DNA of 64,000 nucleotides, taken from NCBI GenBank assembly GCA_965655095.1, contig OZ296654.1, forward strand, positions 46,004,001-46,068,000. Direction: 5' to 3'. Every line of letters begins with the position of its first letter. The stretch's first letter is position 1. Positions 1-14,009 of the stretch are shown one piece after another. The translations under genes and the position numbers were made by a program. The notes under the pieces were generated by a model that saw only the letters and a list, made by a program, of their open reading frames with translations, searched no databases and was not told where the DNA came from. The DNA is from Haplodiscus bocki. Lineage: Eukaryota.

Positions 1-3000
1 TCAGAAACAATCAAAGTCCATCCCATCCCTCTAAATGTTGCCTAGACATGTAGAAGATAGTTTTGACAACATTAGTTTTGACAACATTTTTCAGGAAAAA
101 TCCGGAAGAAAAACTCTAAATCATTCTCGTAGACGTCATTTATAAAACTGAAACAACTTTGAGTTGTTCCGTATTTGGATTTTTTGATCAAGATGAATCC
201 TCAAGCACAAAAGGAAACAACCAAAAAGCTTCAAAACGTTCTTCGGGAACACAGTGTTCATTAATATCTGCATCCCAAAACGAGTATAGAGTTTTGCTTT
301 CGCTGGATTTTTAAAATCGCTTTTATTTCCGAAACTACCTACTTCATTTTTTGCAGCAGTGTCTCATTCAACAGCTTTTTAATTGAGGAGGTTAAAAAAT
401 CACCTCCTTTTGCTTATGTATCCAGACAGCCCAAAAGGCCAAAATAGGTGCTTTTTTACAGTTCTCACTTTTCGAACACATACTTATCAACACAACTAGC
501 TTCACTTTTCGCACCAGGGGTTTCAATCGACATCCGTCAATTTGAGAAAGATAATTTATTAGAAAAAAGAACTGATTTTGTTCATTCCATCTGATATATG
601 GCAGTGCAGACAGTTCAAAAAGTGCCACAAAAATGATTTTTTCCCGATGTTCTTTTTCTTAACTCTCATTATCTTTAGGCTTGAATGCTTCGATCAGGGT
701 CTAAATCACCAGTTTTTTACTTGAGGAGGACTATGGCGCCAAAAATGAATCAATTTTTGCAACCTATCGGAATCCTCATAATCGGAATTTTTCGAAAAGT
801 GGTGATAATATTTAATAATAATTTTTCTTTACACTCAGAGTCATCTTTCTTCAACACTATCTCCCTCAATCCTCTTGGAAAACTCTCAACCAAACACTTT
901 TTCACTGGAAGACAATTTTTCAAAAAAACTCATCATTTTTTTCTCCGCGGCTTTTCCCGGACAGTCCAAAAACGCCAAAAATGTAACTCATACTCACAAA
1001 CCTATTTTTTTTTTAATTTTATCTCCCCGAAACTACCGGCTTAAATTTATCCATCAAGGGCTCGATAAACAGCCCTATGGTTCACTATCTTAATCTTTGT
1101 ATCAGAATCTTCGTTATCCAAAAGGACCGAACTGACATGAATTTGGAAACATCCCGATATTCATCTTCATATTCCTTCATGACCATTGGCTTTGTTTTTT
1201 CCATCACTTATTAAATGACCATTTTCTATCTGCAAAATTGTCTGCAAACTGAAATGCCTTGATTTTTGCACAAGAAAACACTTTATATCATACGCGAAAA
1301 GTACTCAAAAGTGCAATTGTTATTGTTTTCTTGTTGATGTTCGAATTCATCAGGTTTTAAAGCTCTTGGCCGACAAAGTCACAATCGAAAGTTTTTTAAT
1401 TAGTCATAAATTTTCTAGAAAAATGTTCGTTGTATGGTTTGTACATCCCTTTGTCGTAAAATATTGCAGTGCGACTGCACTGCTTTTCATTATTTCCGCA
1501 AAGAAGAGCCGGTATAAAATAATTTTTATGGAAATCAAAAGTCGACTGAAGCAACTGCGTCTTACCAGATTTATTGTTTCTCAAAATTACAGTTCTTAGT
1601 TGCAAAGGATTGATAAAAAGGCAAGGGAAAAGTCTACTTATTCTTCTGCATTTATGAAAGAAATTAATCTTTTTTTGATATATTGCGCCGCAGAAAGCCA
1701 ACGCGAAAAGTTCCCCATGCAAAGTTAAAGTTTGCAAAAGTGTAGCGTCAGTTCGTCACGTTGAAACACGATTGCTTCAAATGAGCGATAAAGCCCAACG
1801 TTTGAAATTTTCCGAGAAACAATTTTCACCTACCCTAGCTCATTTGAATGCTTTGCAAAAGACCAACAAAACAATGAGACCCTAACAGTACTCATTCCCT
1901 AAAATGCTTGCACAGAATAAAAGAAGTGCCGTGAAAGTATGTAAAAAATAGAGCAGAAAATTTAAAGAGTTGGAAGTCTTTCCAATCAGTACGAAAACTA
2001 TTGAGTAGGTCAGAGTCATTTGCTTTCTCCGAAAGGAAGTTGGGCAATTTCGATGCCTATTTGCCAATAGAAAAGATTTTCAATATTCCCAGATATCGTA
2101 AAAATTGACAAACGATTTCGGTTTTTCAATTTTTATCAACAAAACTTCAGGGAAAATTTTCCGAGTGTTTTTGAAAAATGAATATTTCGTACGTACATAA
2201 GGGTCTTTTTGTTAGTGCCATAAAGGAAACTAGCACTTCGTATACCTACCTACCTGTCAACATGAAGTGCGTCAAAAGTGACAAAGTGTCTTCAAAGTAG
2301 TCAAAGTTTTATCGAACTTCAAGTGGTTCTCATACAAAACTTTTTGAGAAATTTTGCAACACTTTCAAAAATGTTTTTACTCTTTATAGACGTTTTATTG
2401 TTTTTACTATGCAAACGTCAGCTGACATGGAGGCCTAACTGTAGAGATAAAGGAAACATATTGGAGTTCGATTCAGATAGCATCTCGTCGAAAGAGCTGA
2501 AAAGAGCTACACTGTCAATATTATCCGGCGGAAGAAAAACAGAAAGAAAGATTGCATATACAAACTAGAATAACTACTATAGGTTGTGCTAAAAGCTTCG
2601 AATCTGACAATATCGAGTATCGAACTCAAACACTCGTAGTGACCGATAGCCGGTGATTGAGTGTCAAATTAATTCACCTCTTAGAATGATGTCAAATAAC
2701 ATTAAAGTTTAGAAAGTGAGAGAGTAACTCTGAAGAGAACACTTGAAAAAATAACAGCGAAGTGTCAGAGCAGCAAACGAACAAAGTCCAACATATTAAT
2801 TGACATTTTTTTCCTGTCATATTAATAGGATGACGTAAAATGATAATTTTGCACTACCGTGCCTCCAAATATGAAATACAGTGACAGCATAAACGACGTC
2901 GACAGAAAAACGACCCTGCACTTCGATTGGAGTGCAATTTTGAAAGACGCATTATTGATTGGAGCCGATTGGAAATCAGAGCATGTCAATTTACACCTGG

Positions 3001-4250
3001 ATGACACAAACCGGATGGTAGTTTTGGAGAAACATGAGAATCAAAAATTGAGGAAAATCATTTCAGTTGCACTCGAGGCTTTCCCGGTTAATCAGGCTTC
3101 CAATGCAAGAAAAATATCCCAAAATAGAGATATTGCAAAGCTTTTTCACAGTAGGAAACTGTCACTTGAGATGTGGATACCAGAAAACAAAGCCAATCTT
3201 TTTGGAGTGAATCACTGGTGATATTAGTACTTTTTGGTACGTTAATCCAATCAGGCTTCCGATGTTTACAGAACCGATGTTACTATTATCGAACTAATTT
3301 CCATAAGTAGTAAAATTGAGTGAGAATTCAAATTTATTGCAATTTCAGCCCTCAAAATTCCGATAAGAGGAACAGAATAGGAAAAGACTAATCAAATTTT
3401 GTCTACAAGCTGTAAACTGTCGATTGAGACCCTGATTTGGAGGTGTTAAAAAGAAGTTTCAGAAGAAGATGAGTCGGAGTATCCAGAAATGACATTAGCT
3501 ACCGCTTTTTGGCCCATCAGGAGTCCATTAAAAAGAAACAGACTAAAGAAACTTTTTCAACAACTTCTACAAACAAAGCGCTGTTGATTGAGAATTTGAT
3601 TGGACGAATCCGTCCAATAGTGTAGCTGGTAGAATGAGTCTAGTTGTCGGGCAAAGGGTTCCCTGAATTCAATTTCTGGTATCATACTTTCAGTATGAAG
3701 AAAACATTTTTTTTTCTGATGATGTCAAGGTTAATTGTTTGAGATTAGAAACTTTTTTTCATATTCTCAAAACTTACCCTCGACAGGCAGACTTCAAAAA
3801 GTTTTGCTTAAAGAGAAAAATTTGGATCTACACTACAATTCTCCACTTCTTGGACCCTTTCCTGATTTAAAAACTTATCTTCACAACAGTTAAAAGCCGC
3901 GAAAGGTAGCGAGTAAGAGAACTTCTGTTGTTTCTGTAAACCGCCTATAGATCGCAAAGTTTTTTGTCACCGACAAACCATTTTGAAGTGTTATGAAATA
4001 TATTTTATAAAACATTAATTTACGTTTTTTGAAACTGATTTTTTGAACTGTACATTCAAGAAAGCCTGAAAATCATCTAAAAAGTTCTATAAATACTCAA
4101 TTTGAAAATGCAAAATGCGATAGACTGAAGACGACAAAAAAATTCAATGCGTATTTGTATCAAATTGAAACTCACCTTACTACAAACTTCGCGGCCGGAT
4201 TTTTTCCTACAATTTCCCAATACACAGAATTTTACTTAACGCATCAAATT
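1..4250. repeat. Copy a of a diverged direct duplication (partner 44560-50470)
   Basis: Colinear matches by eye: GGGTCTTTTTGTTAGTGCCAT at ~2201 and ~48378; TCAAAGTTTTATCGAACTTCAAGTGGTTCTCAT at ~2301 and ~48472; CACTTTTCGCACC at ~503 and ~45077; TGAGCGATAAAGCC at ~1782 and ~46346. Confidence 0.9.
2371..3600 (+). pseudogene. Decayed intronless ORF with signal-peptide-like N-terminus, family unknown
   Basis: MFLLFIDVLLFLLCKRQLTW start, followed by ORF fragments 2278-2568 and 2859-3221; homologous decayed copy at ~48541-49780. Confidence 0.35.
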
Positions 4251-7200
4251 CACAGTTCTTACACTCTTTATAGCCCCACGTGTGTCACCAAGTACAGCTG
4301 TTCCTGTCTTGCAAGTTTGGTTATCAGAATCGAATAAAAACCTTTGGATTGCCCTTACATTAATTTCTTGGACAAATAGATTGATAGGTCCCCTTGAATT
4401 AGAAAAAGCACACCAGACCGATTTTTTTTTCGAAATTGCCGTTTTTTTGCAGCCTTCAAAATCCGTTGATGAAGTAAAACTGTCGCTCTGCGAAGAACTG
4501 ATAAGCCGTTACTTAAAGGAAATATTTTGAAAATTGCGAATTCTGCCAAGTTTCTTACAAGCCAACACGTTTCGACACAAGAAACAACACTAAAAACCGT
4601 ACGGTAGTCCGGATGACGTTTCAAAAGGTAGCTAGACACTATATTGATCCATTGAATGTGTCCCACATCTTTAGAACGAACCATAAGTTGAACCAATGCA
4701 CTCTCTTTTTTTGAAGTTGGCATTGTCCTTTTCGAACTTATGGCGGAGAGTGGAAATTTCAATTGTTGACGGAAAGCCGTCATCTTAGTTGTATTATCAT
4801 GTAATAATATATTATGATTACAGCAACCAGTCGAAGACTTTAAACGTGCAACCTGAACTGGTACAGCCATGACTCCTACTTGACTAGCAGAATCAAAACC
4901 CAGTTGGCAATGCTAAAACAGTTACAACTAACGGCAGTTGTCGAGAAACAGTTTCTAAACCTATAACAATTTCCTATCCCATAACAGAAGAAGCACAATT
5001 AGTCTGAACACTCCAAAATAGCAATTATATGCACTTGGGGCTCAGTACTGGGCTCGCAGCATGAACTGCCAAAAAAATCAAAGCACATTGTGAATGGAAT
5101 CTGGATGCCTCGAAAGTTTGAAAAAAAAGCTAAGTTCTTAGAAAGTTTTCAAAAAAAGTCGTTTTTCAATTTTTTTTTTGCAAAAAAAACACCAAAAAAC
5201 TTTCTGAACGCTATCAATATGTACTGTGTAACGCATTGCAGTCTACGGTTTCTGAAAACGTCAAATTTAGTAATTTTAGTCTTTCCTTTCAGAATATAGG
5301 ACCAAATATCAAAAAACAAACATTTCACTCAGCCAAAAGTTCCCGTTCTTGATCTTTGTTTCGTTGAAAATCTGTTTAAAATCTTTCTCAATTCAGCTGC
5401 AACTTAGCAAGTAATGCATGAGAGACTCCTTGTCATGCAAATATGAATTCGAAGCTTTTATGAGGCTTGCATTCTAAGGTATAAGTCTAAAATATGACGT
5501 AAACCTTCGAAGCAGCCAAAAAAACTACAACTCCTAGTTTTTCTGGCAAGAAAACTATCGAAAACATTGAAACTGAAAGGAAAACCTACCTGATAAACAG
5601 GAATCTTTTTGTTTTTTTTCGTACACAAAATTGAATAATATGGAAGACAAAGACGATAAGATAAATATGACCAATCTCTGCGGAACACTTTTCGAAAAGA
5701 TCATTTTTCGAGCTTCGTTAGCAAGGGAAAGCGTCTCAGAAAACATTACGGCCGCAAACAAATTCAAAAAAAGTACATTAAGTTGCACATTCCCACAGCT
5801 GTCCAACTTATGAGTTTCTCTGAGACATGACTTCCAGTACAAAAAACAAATATAGACAAAAAATGTCCTGAAAAACTCAATTTTCAAAACTTTTCCGTAA
5901 AAATCTCAGAAACTTCTTGACACAGCAGCCAGAAATTAGTTTCTGATAGATTGGATTCTTTTTGTCTTGGGTCTAAGCAATTGAACTGAATTCAAGACCT
6001 GGTGCCACGATGAAAGTTTGAATCCTGCATAAAAATTCGAAATACCCAAAAAACAGCATGAATTTCAAGTGTTTTTCCGTCAAAAAATTCATTGAGAAAT
6101 GGTCGGACTGCAACCAGTACTTGCCATTTGCAAGATTATAGTCCTATTGTAACTTTTTGCAAAATTCAAACGAACTCGTCAAATAGGTAAAAATAAGTTT
6201 TATTTTTCAACAAAAATCACTGCCTTAAAAGGAGAACACCGGAAGAATGAAAAAAATTGCTTTTGAAGTTTCAACAGATGGCGACAGAAGAAGCTTCACC
6301 CTGCTTTGACTACGCCCGATAAAATCAAGACAATGTCAATAGTTTAAGCAAAACAAATCTACGAGCGTGCACCATTGCAAGCGGTTATCGCAACTGCCAA
6401 AAAGGTTAAAAAAAACAATTTGAATGCAATCAAAAAAAAAATCTGCTGGAAAACCGAATTTTTTCCGAATGAATAAGTAGGCTCCAAAAATGACTCTATT
6501 AAAACTTACAAGAATTTTCTAGTGGATTTCAGTAACAGCAATGGTCAATATATCTCTTGTCGTAAAGGCATGTGGGGAGAGATAAGTAAAAAATTGAAAT
6601 TGGAATTAATATTTGTTTCTAACTTTCAGTTTGGCTCAGAGCGGTGTGTAAATAACGCTCCTTTTGTTGTCTAATTTAACACAACGGTGGTAGCGCGTCA
6701 ATTGTTTTATCAATAAACAGAGAAGTCTCCAGAGTTTTTATCTTTCCTACCTAAGTGCCATGCTGGCTGCGCGAACAAACACTGCGTAAGTTCAGTAGCA
6801 AAGTCTTCATGAGAAATGAAAAGGAAAAAGATAATGAAAAAAAAACAATTATTCAGATAACTATTGGAATGAAATGCGTTCAAGTGATTTCAATTGCAGA
6901 TGCACGTCTCTGGGGACTTGGTCATAAGACGGCTGGAGAAGAAAGGTGCAGTTTTAGAATAAGGAAAATCCAGCATTACAAAATTTTACGAACAGTCTTT
7001 ACAAATACTTTTATCAACTAAATTTTTAAATTTTTCAGCAACATCCCTTGTATATAACTTTTTCCCCTGTGAAAATCATCTCAAATATATAACGTACCAG
7101 CTTTGAAAACTCAAATGTAATCAACGTTACAGTTAATTATTAACTTTTATAGGACTTCCAAAATTGTTTGTGAAAAGAAGAAATCAGATTTATTAAAAGG

Positions 7201-7385
7201 AAATAAAAGTTAGAAAGTAATCACCGAGATTGATGAAAATAAATGAAACAACTTTTCTCTTGGGAATAACTGTTTCAAAAACCCACATCGTTGCTGAATT
7301 TTATCTATCAATATTATCCAAAATGACAATTTATAATAGATGAACTGAACTTTCAGGGCAAACTGAATAAATTTGAGTAATCAGT

Positions 7386-8660
7386 TAGTGACAGAGGATA
7401 TTCTGTGGCGCTTTTAGCTAAGGCGAACTGTATGATATTCTCGGATTCTAGGTCTGCTTGCTTTTTTGTGGTTTTGAAAAGATTCCAGTTTCTATTTCTC
7501 TTTTTTTCTTTTTACTTTTTATGTAATTTATCCCTTTGTATACACTCAGTAACTGGCAATTCGCGTCAACTGGTTTGGATCTTCAGAATCCTTTATGTTC
7601 ATGCAGCGATCAAGATACCAAGATCAATCTGTGGGTTAAACTGGAGTGTTTTTAAGGAATTTCGTCTTTAGTATGGACTCTGGTGACATGCTGTCCGCAG
7701 TCTATCGAGACAGCTCTCTTAGGGTTCTTTTATTCGATCAGCCATCAAGATTTCAAGATCAAGCTGTGAGGTCGAACGAAAAAATTACATGAGTTTTATC
7801 CTTTTCGAATTTGAGTTTTATCTAAACACAAGTACCATGCCAAACACAGGCTACTTGGTTGAGTCCTTCAAGAATATCCTATTCCTCCAACCGAGCCTAC
7901 TGTCTAGCTGATTTTACGTAAGGAAATTTAATGCTCGGGCTCAAACATACTGCAGCTTGTGAACTCACAAGGAAATTATCAGTGAGCTCGAAAAATTTTG
8001 AGTTTTAACCTTATAGGTTTTTTCGTTGGGAAACCAGCTATATTTGACGTCTGGTTTATGAAAAAGTAAGGGAAATTGACCGGACAGATATACTCAGTCT
8101 GGACGAACACAACTTGCAACCAACAGTTGCTGCTGCCAGAATCGCAGGAGCCTTTTTACTAAGTCTCGGTCATTTGAAGGACAGAATTCAATGAAAGATT
8201 TTCTAAGTGAGAATAGGAAAGGAGTTAAAAAAATTGCAAAAGGACGGTTTTTGCATATTTGGTCCGTTACTAGGATTTCAGATGGAGTTCTAAGTAACCA
8301 CGACAGCAGAAGAGTTGAAACTTGGTCTATGTAACACCAATTAAGTTGCTTTTGAGAAACCTCGTGAGGGTTGTGCAGTTTAAGATTCACTTTAGGTTCA
8401 GAAACGAAATTACTCCACGGAAGATGCACACACCAATACGGAAGCTGGCGTTAGTGGACACTCATTAGACTCCAATGGCAAGAGTATGGAACTGGTTAGC
8501 AAATAGAGGAAAAAAACGTTGAACTTAGAATATTTTGTCCAGAAGGAGCAAAGAAGAGAAAAAATTGGACGTAGAATGAAATGTTCAAGTAAGAAGATAA
8601 GAGAGAAGGGAAATTGGACTTCACATAATTTTGTCTGAGTAAAAGGGTGAAGATTGATCG
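7386..8660 (+). mobile_element. Possible degenerate LTR retrotransposon 5' fragment (BEL/Pao-like gag remnant)
   Basis: GTGACA at ~7683-7688 followed by a PBS-like TGCTGTCCGCAGT; decayed F-x-GKPAIFDVWF resembles the BEL/Pao gag F-x-G-D-P...W motif. Weak. Confidence 0.25.
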
Positions 8661-8664
8661 GGCA

Positions 8665-9085
8665 GAAGGATGATAACAAAGACTCTCACCTGGTCCAAAA
8701 TTTTAAAATGGGATAAACAGACTTCAACCAGGTCAAGTGATTGAGGAATCAGCTGGTTGTTGCAGCAAAAAAATTGCTAGAGAGGAAAACCTGTCCCTAG
8801 TGCTGATACCAACAATCTCCAAACACATGGATTAACAACTCAAGCTAGTTCACAAGTTGGTTGAAGTAGTGGATCGAGCAAACAGAATGTTTGTGTGACT
8901 CAGCTGCGGGAAAATGACAGTTTGTAAGCTCAAGTCCTTTAATTTGCAAGAACAAAGGAGGATGAAAAGTTTCGACATTTGTCTCTGTGAATTAAAAACT
9001 TGAAAAAAGTATTTGTTTGCATGACGTTACGATTTCTCTACATGATAAAATTATCACTAATAAACCCATTCGTAATTTCTTATGG
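8665..9085 (+). pseudogene. Polinton accessory gene (possibly PC4-like ssDNA-binding fold), decayed
   Basis: KDDNKDSHLVQNFKMG...QLKLVHKLVEVVDRANR...FARTKEDEKF; homologous to 31590-32140 (-). The fold is inferred. Confidence 0.5.
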
Positions 9086-9969
9086 AAAAAAGTCAACTAT
9101 TTACTTTTCATCATTTTCTTTTCCATCGAGTCAGGATGAGTTGGAACATTTGAGATAGAAGAAATCTATTTCTCAATCTAAATTGAAAATTGCGACCTTA
9201 TCATATGGTTCTCACGAAACCCAGATTTTCTCACGCGAAAAATTTTACAAACTCCAGGAAAAAGATAACAGTTGCCAGATATTGAGAACATTGATTCAAA
9301 ATACGATTTTTTTTGTCTAAAAAGGACAATATACAACGGTAGGAGAGAGGATTATTTAAACTACCAGGCAGATACAGAAAAATTGAATACCGTCGTAGGC
9401 CGCTATCGAAAGAATATCTGGCTAATAGATTCGGAAATGGAACTGAAAACGACAAAACAATAGATGCGCCTTCTTTTATATCTGCTGAGCCACATTGACG
9501 TATTTTTCATGCGCTACATTGTACTGGATGATACAACTAGTCAAACTTGAAACAATCTTCGTCAAGAATAAATGTCCTCTTTCTAATGAGACGTTTCCCC
9601 TTGTACCCGGGATACAAAATTATAAAATAATATTTGAACACAATAGTGCCGCAACAACCAATTTCTAAGTGCATGTCGCAGATGGGATGCAAGACTTACT
9701 TTACGTCAGTTGGACCTACAGTATTTATTTGGAGGAATCATTGGTCGTTTTGACTCGTACTTTCAGTTATTTTTCTGTAACTCCAAAGTATATGAACTAT
9801 GTGCAATACTGCATAATGCTGCTGGAGCAGTGCGGTCACATTCTGATAAAAGCTACTGTTACATGATTGGACGTGGAGAAATTTCATATTTGCTTGGTCA
9901 ATTGACTGGACTATTCTTTTGCCTTTACGTAAAACTCAGCTTTCAATAGTCAACTCTGTAATCTTTTGA

Positions 9970-10495
9970 AGCAGTAAGTCTGGCATTGTACTAGAGATTG
10001 AGCTATCAAAAAAACACAATTACAAAGAATTGAGAAGTTAGTTGATGGAAACGTTCAAAGATCCTCTCTTGTCCTTCAAAATGATACAAACCCATAAGAC
10101 AAGCATTTTGGTGTCAAAAAATTGCCCTCAAATGTGTGGAACAGTGGAAATTTGGATAACAGAGAGCTCCAAAACATACTTCCTAATGATGCGAAGGCTG
10201 AAATGTTTGCAACCGAGACAGAAAAATACAAAGCTTCAGGCAGTTTAATGGAGAAAGAGGTGGAAAAAATGGATAATCATGGCTGACCCAAAGACAGGTG
10301 CTTGTAAAATCAGATAAACAAAAGCGGATTTGCTCCAGCTACCCATTCTGTGCAAGCACAAGCAATACATACTACACTACATGATTTACAACTTCAAGTG
10401 CTGCATTGTTTAATCACCAAAAAATCACAGTTCATTGTGCAGAGCAGAAGACACAAATTTTTGGTGACTGGACAGTGCAGCACTTGACGATGTAA
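9970..10495 (+). pseudogene. Polinton small accessory gene, putative DEDD-type exonuclease-like
   Basis: IVLEIEL (IVLDTEL in copy 2) near the N-terminus and HCAEQK near the C-terminus; homolog at 30200-30665 (-). Confidence 0.45.
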
Positions 10496-10839
10496 ATCGT
10501 GTAGTGTAATATATATCGCTTGTGTCTACGTAACGGAAGTTTCAATTAGCTACGATTGTCATCCAAGATTGGTTATTGAACAAATGAGCGTAGAGTAAAG
10601 GCTGATTACGAAAATAATACTTTTAGGGGCAAAACAGTCTTTGACGACCACAATCAAGAATAAAAATCGTAACCTGTTCCAGATCTCTGATTGCATTTTT
10701 GTCCTAAGTTTTTGTCATTTTGTTGAATTTACTTGGTTGTTTTTGGAGAATTCATCTTTCAGTAGCTTTTGACGAATCAACCGTTTGGGTTGGACTTTTG
10801 TGTAGTGCAGCAGGATACATTTTACCCTCGCCAAGACTT

Positions 10840-11667
10840 TGAAGGAAATATTTTCTTGAAACACTCGCGTCTTTTTATCATTGGTTGGACTATCCGAGAC
10901 AGAAATAACCCACCTCTTATACACTTGGTTAAATTTTAGACTTTTTCATCCAAGAAACGACAAAATATTTTTTATTCAACAACCTCGGCCACTTTACTAT
11001 GTTGTGTAAAGAGAAATTGCAAGTGTCGATTTTGTTTAATGTGTAAATTTTGAGTTTTTTGATTCGCCAAATATTAACGGTACAAGTATTTGTCCATCTT
11101 TGACAATACTTGTGAAAATCTCTTCAATTAAAAAGCTTTAGTTGATATTGCCACTGTTGGAAAAAATCATGGATTCAGTAATTGAGTACTTTCTTACATT
11201 AAGCCCAGCATTCTTCATCAAAGAAAACCAGGGCGAGATGTCGAGCTCCAAAACACGCACATTTTTCTCTTCAAATCTCCCCGTTAGGTGATGTAAGTCA
11301 GTACGCTTAGTGCACAATTGGGATTCGGATCAGGCCTAGTTGAGGGTATCGAGACGCAACACTTGTTCCCTACGGTCCATTTGTGATTGACTTGTCGCCA
11401 CGAACAGACGATCATTTATGTTATTGCGCAAACCCCGGATCCATTCCCTCTAAAATTGATATCCCGGACCAGCAGAACCTTTTAAAATCTTTGTACAATG
11501 CACACAAAACATCTCCTAACTCTCCAAATGTTCCAATCAACTTTTCACAAAAACCTTTTCCTTCAGTCTTGCCCAAAAAAATTTATCAGGTTTCTCTGCG
11601 AATGCATAGTAAATGTGCTCAAAGCAAACCTGCAAAACATAAAAAGACATCATGTGACAAAGTTTAA
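10840..11667 (+). pseudogene. Polinton packaging ATPase (FtsK/HerA, A32-like), decayed
   Basis: RVFLSLVGLSETE (degenerate Walker A), IFDN Walker B region, DVELQNTHIFLFKSP, IDLSPRTDD. Confidence 0.85.
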
Positions 11668-12174
11668 AAACGCAAATCGATTGCTCTTTCTAATCAAATC
11701 GCTTGAAAGGTAAGAAGAGGCGTTCTAGCCTGCGAAAAAGCCCTGCAACTGATATAAGTCCTTACTCCTCCCGTCAAAAATCAATTGTTTTGTTATGGAA
11801 CACCTCGTTTGAGTTCCTCCTTCTTTGTACAAGAACCAGACTTTGGACACTCAGACAAATAAAAAGCACGAACTTCCAATTAATCAAGCTCACTAAAGTC
11901 AAACGTACCAAATTTACTTGTCAAAAAAGGAAATTAACGAAAATTTGTTCACCAAATCAGACAATTTAGTTGAGAAAATTTTGAATTGTCAACGTGTTAA
12001 GATCTCAAAGTCGCTGACTTTATTTTTTGTTGCTATAGAAACTGGAGTATTGTTTTCTGACTTTTCTCAAATACTACGTTAAAAAATCAAACTTCCCGAC
12101 ATTTACTTTGTTTTACTTGACGCTGCTGGAAGTTTCCAACTCCGGTTTTCAATCGCACTACCTAAACTAAATAA

Positions 12175-12830
12175 AGTATTTACAAAGTCGTCGAGGCTTG
12201 TTTAATTGAACAGTAGTTGCAAAAGAGTGAAAGCAAAGGATTTCAAGGAGAGCTTTAGAGCGTTTTAAATCATGATTACAAAATACAATCGTCTCAAGCA
12301 AAGTTGAGTTGACAAAAGGCCAGAGTTTGATGGAGTGTTCAAAAGTTTTATAGTTATCAATGAGTACATTTTCACTCTACAATGAGTGAGACTAAGGGTG
12401 CAATGGCTGAGCGTACAAAACGATCACAATACAAAAACTTTTCGTTTACCGCTACATGCAAAGCTATGGGTACCTCAGTTTGTTCATAAATTACCGCAGT
12501 TTGTGTCGCAAATTTGAATTCTAGAAAGAATCGCTTGATTGACTCAAATTCAAAAGATGTAAAAAAACTCCGAGTTTTTATCCATTCTTCATTCTTCACA
12601 GCGAACCTCTACGAGAATACAGAACAAAAATATTTGTAATGGAAGATAGAATTCGCGTTTCAAAATAGGATTTGCCGTTCCGAAAAGTTTTTATGTCAGA
12701 GTTTTTGCAAGAATATTCTAAAATTGTTGCGATTGCTACCAGAAAACTACCTACAAACACAGTTAAAGATAATCAAGTTGCAATCACGCGTTCAACAATT
12801 CATGAAAAAGAGGTGACAATTTTCATTTGA
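12175..12830 (+). pseudogene. Polinton retroviral-like (DDE) integrase, N-terminal ~300 bp deleted
   Basis: VDKRPEF (second Asp region) and STMSETKGAMAERTKRS (Glu); the W-x-x-D-L first-Asp segment present in copy 2 is absent. Confidence 0.85.
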
Positions 12831-12834
12831 CAAT

Positions 12835-13640
12835 CAAATCGTTTACAATAAATAGATTTGGTGTGTAATGCATCTGCGACGAAGTTACTCGCAGACAATA
12901 CACACAGTTTTCGCAAGTTTTTTGCTCCAGCAACTGAAACTGGTGGGGCATTGGGAGGATGCGATTTCTAAATCATCCCACTCATCATTGTTCTAAGAGG
13001 TTACAGAGTGAAGGTTTAAAATTTATGCCTCTGGACAAAAAGTTTTCATACTTGTAACATTGTCTGGAAGCCGGTAAAAAACATAGCTTTACGGATATGG
13101 TGGAAGCCTTGAACACGCTCATTCAAGAGAGACACAATCACACCAAAACTTCTATTTCAGTCAAAGTGTCTTGAAGAACACGAAAAGTTGCGAATGACTT
13201 CGCGAAAGCTGGATGGGGTCTTGCATTCTTTAGTGTGGGCTTGGGTCAAGATTTTGAAGCAATGTTGTAAATGAATTTTGAGTATTCTGGAGACGATAAG
13301 GACATCACGAGCCAGTGTTTGCTCAGGATATTTTCTACAAACATTCTCCCATGATATACACAGACTTGATAGAGTAAAATTTAGTTGGCGACACAACAGC
13401 TCGATTGCTGCGCTGCATTCCCTATTTTCCCAAGCTAGAAGCTGGGGCGTAGAAACTATTGGACACTAAATGTACTATCAGACATTTGGTAACCTATGAG
13501 TTAGACCGCTGCTCAAAATTTTTCTTCATAGTGTTCATAAAGAATTGAGAGACACAAGTAGGGAAAAAATACCTTTTGTGTCTGTGGGTAATAGTCGAAT
13601 TATCCTGCTGTTCAGAAAAGCTTCCAATTTTCATTTATAA
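12835..13640 (+). pseudogene. Polinton minor capsid protein (penton), decayed
   Basis: LVCNASA...DN start; DMVEALNTLIQERHNH; homolog of 26925-27695; typical position between integrase and core gene. Confidence 0.75.
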
Positions 13641-13654
13641 CGAAAGAGACGTTA

Positions 13655-14008
13655 GTTACTACAAGACAAGTAGAGGTTGCATAATCTAGACGTATTGGTC
13701 AACAGCATGGAAAAAGATTCAGTGAAATTGCACAAGTTAATCGGAGAACAGCATTTCCATTTTTAGTTATATATGTCGGCCCAGCTACAAAGATCGTGGG
13801 TGCTGATTCGATGGAATTTGCAGCGTCGGAAATTGCAGAGGTTTTAAACGGTAGAAAAAAAATCACGAGTGCGGCAAATAGTGTGGGAAGACGAACATTG
13901 AGAAAATATATCGGTGATAGTAAGAAGCAGAGGAGAGTTTTTCTAACAAAATCTGCGAAAAAAACCAAACGGTCACGTAGAGATCTTTTTACAAATTTTT
14001 CTCGTTGA
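13655..14008 (+). pseudogene. Small basic core/cupiennin-like protein, decayed
   Basis: Degenerate QxGxGF motif, then GRTAFPFL, GADSMEFAASEIAEVLNGRKK and an Arg/Lys-rich tail. Confidence 0.65.
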
Positions 14009-14009
14009 T

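Noticed and set aside
4355-4870. 171-aa ORF with YLLKRHP as a BED-finger/hAT transposase
   Set aside because: The CxxC pair is missing and no catalytic domain or TIRs were found; support is insufficient.
8885-8945. Apparent degenerate gag CCHC zinc knuckle (SCGKM)
   Set aside because: The region aligns in another frame with the Polinton accessory gene at 31590-32140, so the knuckle is coincidental.
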